From: an uncultured Candidatus Rokubacteria bacterium
GTDB lineage: Bacteria > Methylomirabilota > Methylomirabilia > Rokubacteriales > DASRDR01
Length of the DNA stretch: 64,000 nt
Assembly (NCBI GenBank): GCA_963708025.1
Contig: CAVPSB010000010.1
Coordinates: 164,455-228,454 of the forward strand
Reading direction: 5' to 3'
Shown here: positions 56,489 through 64,000 of the stretch, piece after piece
How the letters are laid out: each line of letters begins with the position of its first letter
Position numbering within the stretch: position 1 is the stretch's first letter
Translations under genes and position numbers: made by a program
Notes under the pieces: model-generated
Database searches by the model: none
What the model saw: the letters and a program-made list of their open reading frames with translations, nothing else
What the model was told of the DNA's origin: nothing

Positions 56489-57124
56489 CTAATCGACGAG
56501 GCCCCTGTGGCTCAGGTGAATGCGCGCGAACTGACCGTACGTGTTCGTGAGGTCGAGCTTGATCTGGCCGGTCGCCCTCGTGCGGCCACTCCCGATCTCG
56601 GCGAGGCGATACTCGAAGCCGTGGGGCAGATCGATGCGGGCGCGATGCTCGGCGCCAGTGACGGGATTTCGGATGGGCTCACCGGACGATTCCACGATTC
56701 CCGGCACCACGAGCCGGGCACGCCGGGCGTCGACGTTGACCTCCAACTCGATCGACCTGACCAGCGGCTCGAGCTTGGTGGAGCACATGGCGGCATAGAC
56801 CCACCACATTGTCGCCCTTTCAGCGGTTTCCTGGCCGCTCATGATCTTGAGAAGCGCCTCGCGCTGCTCGGGTCTGGCGCGCTCGTCGATGATGAGCTGC
56901 ATTGTGCCGTTGCCCTCGTGTACAGCACCCGGCCAGGCGTAAAGCCCGGCCCCGCGCAGGCCGTCGAGCTTCACCGTCCCGAAGACGCCCTGGTCGATCT
57001 GCCAGCCGGCCGCGGCGCGGCAATTGCCGTGGGTCGGTGGCGCGTTGAACTGGCACGGGCAGCCGTAGCTGCAGTTACAGTTCGCGAACTCACGACCCGT
57101 GATCCGCCATTCGACGTTCGTCAT
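56489..57124 (-). CDS. DUF1326 family Cys-rich protein
   Basis: W.I.G....NCNC..GCPCQF...PT.G.C, WPG.VHEG.G, IDERA...QREAL. Confidence 0.9.
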   Translation of the reverse strand: MTNVEWRITGREFANCNCSYGCPCQFNAPPTHGNCRAAAGWQIDQGVFGTVKLDGLRGAGLYAWPGAVHEGNGTMQLIIDERARPEQREALLKIMSGQETAERATMWWVYAAMCSTKLEPLVRSIELEVNVDARRARLVVPGIVESSGEPIRNPVTGAEHRARIDLPHGFEYRLAEIGSGRTRATGQIKLDLTNTYGQFARIHLSHRGLVD

Positions 57125-57937
57125 CTTCCGCGTCCTCGTCTCGTGGTTCCCCGGGCGTTTGACAGTTGGCTCAGGTTGCCCGGTCAAGGGTGTGCTGATC
57201 GAGTGAGAATTGTCCGGCGGGTCTCGCCCGCATCGTCTGCAGGGATCGTCCTCAGTATAGACGAAGCTGATGCATGCTGGCGCGCAGGTCAAGGAGCGTC
57301 TCCTCCCTCGCTCGGCCTTGGGTGAGTTGATCCACACTTCCATGGGACGCGCCGGCGGGTGAGGACGGCCGGCAGGGAAGCGTGCCGGATGCGCGGAATC
57401 CGCCGTCGACCTGCACGCGAGGATCGGGCCGAAAACGATCGCGAGGATGGTCAGCGCGTCGGACAGCTCACGTGACCGATGAGTGTTTCGGCTGCGTTCG
57501 CGGGTCCGACTTGGAGTGCGACGCCTCGGGGTGGTGGAGTGCACGGCTCGACGGCGTACGCGGCCACGATCGGGCGCGCGAACGACACGACACTGCGGAC
57601 GACACACATCGGCTGGAGGCTTCCTGCGCGACACTCCGGGCGATCTGGCTGATTCGGAACTCTGCCGATCGAGACCCGTGCCGAGGCCACATAGAGGCTG
57701 GATCGGCCGTGTGGCCTCGGTCCCACGCCAGCCTTCGGTTGTTTCGTTTGGCCGGCGTGTCCCCTGTTCGCCAAAACTCGCCGTCAGGCGATAAACCAAC
57801 GGCACACGGCCGCCACCGCCCTTGCCAGTCCGCTCCGCGGGCGCTACCTCCGGCCACGCTGGCGATGCGCCGGCCCGGGCGACGTGGGGCCGAGCGCCGT
57901 CCAGGAGACATGCCTTGCGCCGCCTACGTTCAGCGAC

Positions 57938-59284
57938 CTAGTCCGAATCCGAGTCGTCGTCGTCGCCCACAGGTCGCGCGGCGTTCGCCAGGATGTAGTC
58001 GGCGATCTGGGCGCCCACCACCGCAGTTGCATGGCTCGCGCCGCGGAAGTGCATGCCGCCGTAGGTGCGGGCGTCGATGCCTTCCTGCGCCATGTCCGAG
58101 ATGCGCGTATAGTGCCGCGGCTGGACTCCACCCTCCGGAGGTCCCGGGAAGACGGTGTTGAACGCGGGGTGAAGTGCGAACGCGTTCACGTCGCCGAAGA
58201 AGTGCTGGAGCACGCGGGGACCGGAGCCGTGCGATCCCGGGTGCGAGGCCGGATACTCGGGGTGGTTCGGTGTCGTGATGAGCGGAGCCCAGCCGGAGAT
58301 CGGGGCGGTGTTCGGGTTGCCGTCGAGCTCCGCCTTCGGAATGGCGAGGATCGGCCGCCAGGTGACATCCGCGGGATTCATGGCGAAGTCGCGCTTGGCG
58401 CGGAACACGGTCACCGACGTGTCGTGCATCGCGATGGTGAGCAGCGCGAAGATGCGGGAGCTTTTGCGGCGGGTGGTCTGGCGAGCCCTGGCGATCTGAA
58501 TCGCCGCCTCGACATAGTCGTTGGTGGCGTAGCCGTTGAAGAAGAACGCGATGTGCGTCTGATCCAAGGTCCGGGCGGAGCCGGCCTTCACGCCCATCGT
58601 CGCCACCTCGTTGAGGCTCGCGGCGTAGGTCGCGCTGTCGAGGGTCGCCCACGGCCGCGGAAAGGCCGACTGGAACTGGGTGATGCTGGTCAGCACGAAC
58701 GGCGCCGTGAAGGAGATGTTGCCCGGCAACATGCTGGCACCGGTCGCGGACTCCCACTGGCCGATCACTGCGCCCGTGCCGTTGAACGGGGGCACCGGGT
58801 TGCTGAAGCCGTCGGTCGCACGCCACGTCAGGACCTGGTTCGCAACCTTCTCGCCCCAGTCGATGCCGTGTTGGACCTTCGCCGGGTCGTCGCCCTTGAA
58901 CTCGGCGAGCGACAAAGCGCGCTGAGTGTCCAACCGGGCCAGCTGCGCCGGATAGAAGGCCTTCAGGGTGACATAGGCAGCCTGCACCACCGCGGCGCGG
59001 CGATGGGTTCCGAGCAGCGCGGTCTGGGTCACGAAGATGGGCGTGTATCTCTGGCTGACGCCGTTTCGGGCGTCGAACATCGCGGTGTTCACGGTCGCAG
59101 CCATACGAATGGTCTGCGGATTGCCGAGGGTGCTCGCGACGATCGCCTCGAGCATCACCTGGTTCCACACCAGGGTCTCATCGACAATTCCGCCCACTTC
59201 GCCTGAGACCGTTCCGACCTCGGGCGGTGAGAGAAGCAATGCCACAACGAGCGACAAAAGAGTGAGCCGACGAAACTGAACCAT
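57938..59284 (-). CDS. Secreted vanadium-dependent haloperoxidase / PAP2-superfamily protein
   Basis: Signal peptide; K...WRP, TP.HPEYPASH and AR.YGG.HF; R..DG motif. Confidence 0.82.
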   Translation of the reverse strand: MVQFRRLTLLSLVVALLLSPPEVGTVSGEVGGIVDETLVWNQVMLEAIVASTLGNPQTIRMAATVNTAMFDARNGVSQRYTPIFVTQTALLGTHRRAAVVQAAYVTLKAFYPAQLARLDTQRALSLAEFKGDDPAKVQHGIDWGEKVANQVLTWRATDGFSNPVPPFNGTGAVIGQWESATGASMLPGNISFTAPFVLTSITQFQSAFPRPWATLDSATYAASLNEVATMGVKAGSARTLDQTHIAFFFNGYATNDYVEAAIQIARARQTTRRKSSRIFALLTIAMHDTSVTVFRAKRDFAMNPADVTWRPILAIPKAELDGNPNTAPISGWAPLITTPNHPEYPASHPGSHGSGPRVLQHFFGDVNAFALHPAFNTVFPGPPEGGVQPRHYTRISDMAQEGIDARTYGGMHFRGASHATAVVGAQIADYILANAARPVGDDDDSDSD

Positions 59285-59475
59285 GGCCGCCTCCTGGTCG
59301 TTACGACGTCACCGTTTGCGCTGTGGTCGGAGCCGCATGGGATCTGTTCCTACGCATCTCCTTTTACGGGGGCGGGCGTTCGCGATCCGTAGAGGCTGGC
59401 GTCAAAAGACGCGTCAAAAGGCCAAATGGCCCTCGGCAGGGTGGCCATGCTATCGTCGGCCACAGGCTTAGGCCT

Positions 59476-62400
59476 ATGGTGCGTTTGAGTCTCACTCTCC
59501 TCGGCGGGTTTCAGGGCCGACTCGGCGTGTCGGCGCCCTTGACGTTGCCCACCCGGAAGACTCAGGCGCTCCTCGCCTTCCTCGCGCTCCCTCCCGGCAG
59601 ATCCCATCCCCGGGAGAAACTGGCCTCCTTGCTCTGGGGTGGCATGCGGGAGCCGCAGGCGAGGAGTGGCCTCCGGCAGTCACTCTTCACGCTGCGGAAG
59701 GCGGTGGGTGCGGAGCCGCCGGCCTTACTGATCGACGGCGAGACCGTTGCCCTGAATCCGAGCTCCGTCGACGTGGACGTGGTGGAATTCGAGCGCCAGG
59801 TCGCCGAGGGCACGCCGGGCGCCCTCGAACGAGCCGCCGCCCTCTATCGCGGCGAGCTACTCGAAGGCCTCGCCCTCCAGGAGGCGCCGTTCGAGGAATG
59901 GCTCCTCGCGGAGCGCGAGCGACTGCGCGAGCTGGCGCTCGAAGCGCTGGCGAAGCTCCTCCGGCACCAGCGCACCACGGAGGCCACGGAGGCGGCGTTG
60001 CAGACGGCGCTCCGGCTCCTCGCCCTCGACCCCCTGCAGGAGCCCGTCCATCGCGCGGTCATGCGTCTCTACGTCGCAGCTGGGCCGGCGGGCGTCGGCA
60101 CTTCGGCAGTACCAGATCTGTATCGGCGTTCTGCAGCGAGAGCTCAGCGTGGAGCCGGAAACGACGACCAAGCAGCTCTATCAAGAGATCCTTCGGCAGC
60201 GGCCGTCGCGCGCGGCGGCGGACGCGGAGGGCCCGGCGACGGCGCATGCGGCGCCAGCCGAAGCGCCGCCCCTGCCCGACGAGACCCTGCCGCGCGAGCT
60301 GCCGCTCGTCGGGCGCGAGACAGAGATCCACCGGTTACGGGAGGTTCTGAACCGGGCGTGGGAGGGACACGGCCACGTCGTGGCCTTGATCGGCGAGGCG
60401 GGCGTCGGCAAGAGTCGCCTGCTGGCCGAGCTCACCGCCGAGGCGGTTGCCCGCGGGGGCCGTGTGCTCGTCGGGCGCTGCTACGAGGCCGAGCAGATCC
60501 TGCCGTTCGCGTCGTGGGTCGACGCACTGCGCGGCGGCCACGTCGACGCAGACAAGGACATTCTCGAAAGCCTCAAGCCCCTGTGGCGGACGGAGGTGGC
60601 GCGCCTCCTTCCCGAGCTGGGCATTCCTGGACACGACGCCCGCCCAGAGTCCGGTGGACTATCGCCAGCTCTTCGAGAGCGTGGCGCAGCTCGTCCGGCA
60701 TCTCGTCCTGCACGAGCCGGTGGTGCTGATCCTCGAGGATCTCCACTGGGGCGATGAGATGAGTCTCCGCCTTCTGTCGTTCCTCGGGCGTCGACTTCAG
60801 ACGTGGCCCATCCTCGTGGTGGGCACGGCCCGCGAGGAGGACCTGCCCGGCGCGCCAATCTTGCGCCGGACCCTCGAAGATCTCGCTCGCGACAAGCGTC
60901 TCGTCGAGTTGCGCCTGGCGCCGCTCTCCAAGGAAGAGACGCTCACGCTCGTCAGAACGCTCGCGGGGGCGGAGGGCGACGAGGCGGTGATGAGCGGGAC
61001 TCGCGGAGCAGGTCTGGATCATCAGCGAGGGCAACCCCTTCGCGGTGATCGAGACCGTGCGCGCGCTTCCGAAAGGATTCGTGGCCGACCCATCGACGAA
61101 GCTCGCCGTCCCGAAGGGAGTTCGCGACCTCATCGCCCGGCATCTGGACGCGCTGAGTCAGCGTGGCCGCGATCTGACGACCGTCGCCGCCGTCATCGGA
61201 CGGGAGTTCGACTTTCCGCTCCTCCGCCGCGCGGCGGGCCTCGAGGAGAACGAAGCCGCGGAGTCACTGGAGGAGCTGGTGCGGCGCCGCGTCTTGCACA
61301 GTGTCGGCGAGCGATTCGACTTCACCCACGACCGGATCCGCGAGGTCGCCTACGGCCGCCTTCTCCGCGTGCGCCAGCGGGCGCTGCACGCCCGGATCTC
61401 GGAATCAATGGAGACGCTCTACGCGGACCGGCTGGCCGAGCAGGTGGAACGCCTCGCGCACCACGCCGCTCGCGGCGAACTCGGAGACAAGGCGGTGGCT
61501 TACCTCCGGCAGGCCGGTGCGAAGGCCTTCGCGAACTCGGCCCACACCGATGCCCTCGCCTATTTCACGCAGGCGCTGGAGCTTCTCGGAAAGCTCGCCC
61601 CGGGCGCTGCGCGAGACCGCGAGGAGCTGTCTCTGCGACTCGCCCTCGGGCCGGCACTCCAGGCCACGCGCGGCTACGCCACACCGGAGGTCGAGCAGAA
61701 CTATGCGCGGGCCCGTCAGCTCGCTGACGAGGTCGGCGCGCCGGTCCAGCAGTTCCAGGCGTTGTGGGGGATGTGGCTGGTGGCATCGCACCGAGCGAGC
61801 GCGGACACCGCGCTCGAGCTTGGACGAGAGCTCCTGGCGCTCGCCGAGCGTCTCGACGACCCTGCACTGCTGCTCGAGGGGCACCACGCGCTTTGGCCCG
61901 TGCTCGTGTGGCTGGGGAACGCGGACGGCGCGCGTCGCCACCTCAACCAGGGGATGGCGCTCTACGACAAGGCGCGGCACCAAAGCCACGCGTTCGTCTA
62001 TGGCGGCCACGACCCCGGCGTGTGCTGCCGGAAGGTCGCGAGCTGGGCTTCCTGGATCCTGGGCTACCCGGCACGCGGCCTCGAGGAGAGCGTCGCCTCG
62101 CTCAGGCTGGCCAGGGAACTCGATCATCCCACGAGCATCATCGTCGCGCTCGTGTGGGCCTGCGTCTTTCACGACCTGCGGCGAGAAGTCCACGAGGTCA
62201 AGGAGCACGCTCACGCCTTGATCACGCTCTCGACCGAGCACGAGGCCTCACAGTGGCTGGCGGCGGGGACGATCATCGAGGGGTTCGTCCACGCCGAGCT
62301 CGGCGAGGGAGAGCTGGCGATCGCCCAGATCAGGCGCGGGCTCGCGGCCTACGGGTCGACCGGATCGCACCTGTTCGTGCCGTACTTCCTTTCGCTCTTG

Positions 62401-62799
62401 GCCCGCGCCTGCCTGAAGCTCGGCGAGCCTCACGAGGGGCTGCGCGTCATCGCCGAGGCGCTCGAGAGGGCCCGCACGACGGGTGAGCGTGTGTGGGAGG
62501 CGGAACTGGTTCGGCTGGAGGGAGACCTACGCCTCGCCGCAGCTCCGGATGTCGTCGCCGAAGCCCTGGAGTGCTTCCGCCGAGCGATCGAGATCGCGCG
62601 CGGGCAGGCAGCACGGTCGTGGGAGTTGCGTGCTGCCTTGAGCCTCGCGCGCCTGCTCGTTGCGGAGCGGCAGCGCGATGAGGCACGCCGCACCCTCGCC
62701 GGCGTCTACGATTGGTTCACCGAAGGCTTCGACACCGCTGACCTTCAGGACGCGAAGGCCTTACTGGAGGACCTACCGACAGGACTTTGCGCGACATGA
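59476..62799 (+). CDS. SARP-like (wHTH-BTAD)-AAA ATPase-TPR transcriptional regulator, about 3 frameshifts
   Basis: LTLLG, REKLA.LLW, DPLQE..HR..M (BTAD), GEAGVGKS, LEDLHW.D, GNPF, ELRAA.SLARL, WFTEGFDT.DL. Confidence 0.88.
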
Positions 62800-63224
62800 A
62801 AAAGCGGGAATTCGGACCAGCGGCCGACTCAGCTCTCCAACGCCTGTCCCGGTCCCCGTCAAGAACTCCGTCCACCTGTCCAACCTGAACCTACCTCACC
62901 ACCTCCGCCCCTACATCCCCCCTCGGTCGAAGGCGTCACGCAGCGACCCGGGCAGCGACAGCGCGAGCACGAGCACCGTGAGGCCCGCGAGCATGGCGGT
63001 GGCGCCTCGCCCCGTGATGGTCCGAGCGCGGAGGGATCGTCATCCGCGGCCTCGCGGCCCAGGCCTCGGGACTGCTCGGTCAGCCAGACGCGGGTGTTGC
63101 TCTGATGGAGCGGCTCGCGCATGTCAGCGCGTGCGGCTGGGAGCCGCCTCTCCGCTCCGGCCACGCCGCGCCGGCTCCACTTCCGTGATCCCGGCGGCCT
63201 TGCCGAGCTCGAGGAATTGCTCGG

Positions 63225-63815
63225 CCCGCCTGCCGCATCACGTTAGCCGCGTCGGCGTTCAACGAGGCCGGGATGACCGCGGCGTAGAACTCGTCCGCTT
63301 CCTGACGCCGGGCCCGCATCACGGCGTCAAAGTCGCTTCCGAATGGGCCTGGCGTCGTCGGAGCCGATGCGACCGGCGCCACGGCGCAGAGGCGCAGCCG
63401 AAGGGTCCGCGATGCCCCGGCCCCCACGGTGAGGGGATAGTGGGCCGACGCCTTCGTCCCCGTCTTCTCGGGATTCACGGCATCCTGCCGGCCGTGGACG
63501 ATGTACCGGTCGATCCCATCCTTGACGTAGGGCGTGCGGTTGGGTGCATTGAAGAGGCGCTCGGTGTTGGTCTCGTTCTCGGTGAAGAGCAGCGCCGCGG
63601 CGCCTTCGGCATAGAAGAGCCGCTCGCCGAGCTCCGGATGCGAGACCGCGATCACACCCCCGGTCGCGCTCGTCGGGGCCTGCCGGAGCGCCGGCCGGGG
63701 CGCCTTGCCACCCCATGACCACACGTTGCGGAACCAGATCGTCGGCAGCACGTGCAGCGTCGCCGGCTCCGGGCCACGGTTGTGGACGGTCACCTGGATC
63801 AGGAGGTTCTCCGCC
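63225..63815 (-). pseudogene. Internal fragment of an MGH1/GH63-like glucosidase
   Basis: V.NRGP..A.LH.LP..WFRN.WSW, LLFTENETN, YVKD, GTKA, EADEFY, RQA; homology stops abruptly at both ends. Confidence 0.75.
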
Positions 63816-63923
63816 GACGCCGTAACGTTGGATCAGGGGGCCTCGGCAGTGGGCGCTCCGCAGGAGTCCAATAGTCCGGCGTCCTGCCGCAACCCGGGGG
63901 AGGTCGCTGCGCGGACTACGCGC

Positions 63924-63945
63924 CAGCCACAGTTTCAGCCACAGT
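63924..63945. repeat. 10-bp direct repeat CAGCCACAGT x2 (period 12)
   Basis: 63924-63933 and 63936-63945. Confidence 0.6.
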
Positions 63946-64000
63946 CGCGTCGTCAGCATGGGAATGGCGTTGCCCAGGTGGTTGAAAAGATGGTGCCCCC

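Noticed and set aside
57480..57930. Coding gene in this interval
   Set aside because: No ORF with a convincing start, codon bias or recognisable motif
59476..62799. STAND/Avs-type antiphage system
   Set aside because: The N-terminus is wHTH-BTAD (a transcription activator) with no nuclease or other toxic effector
62870..62905. ACCT quasi-periodic run as an iteron or binding array
   Set aside because: Irregular spacing and too short to distinguish from low-complexity sequence

Overview
A high-GC (about 70% by eye) bacterial chromosome segment. Gene content and style suggest Ca. Rokubacteria/Methylomirabilota (inference only). 1-31 kb is mostly housekeeping: GT2, UPF0182, fused lptF-lptG, valS-birA-coaX, guaB3-like IMPDH and guaA behind a consensus promoter and a structured ~150-nt leader, SPFH, dnaE-accA, a SorC/CggR-type regulator divergent from an enlarged class V FBP aldolase/phosphatase, DUF151, GT4, paaK with a lone paaA-like gene, bactofilin and mscL. 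31-48 kb is a GntR/FCD-controlled catabolic island with two ABC importers, an enolase-superfamily enzyme, a DHDPS-like lyase, two SDRs, two CoA-transferases, crotonase, MaoC, Gfo/Idh/MocA and HAD genes. Four copies of a candidate operator overlap or flank its divergent promoters. 48-64 kb is accessory: a duplicated GntR plus transglycosylase-associated module (one copy internally deleted), an orphan TRAP binding protein facing a kinase and receiver pair, an internally deleted cpdB, DUF1326/DUF2182, a secreted vanadium-haloperoxidase-like gene facing a BTAD-AAA-TPR regulator, and gene fragments. Many genes from 31 kb onward carry single-base frameshifts that look like long-read indel errors, so their coordinates are approximate. 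Several REP-like palindromes sit in intergenic spaces. No rRNA, tRNA, CRISPR array or transposase was seen.
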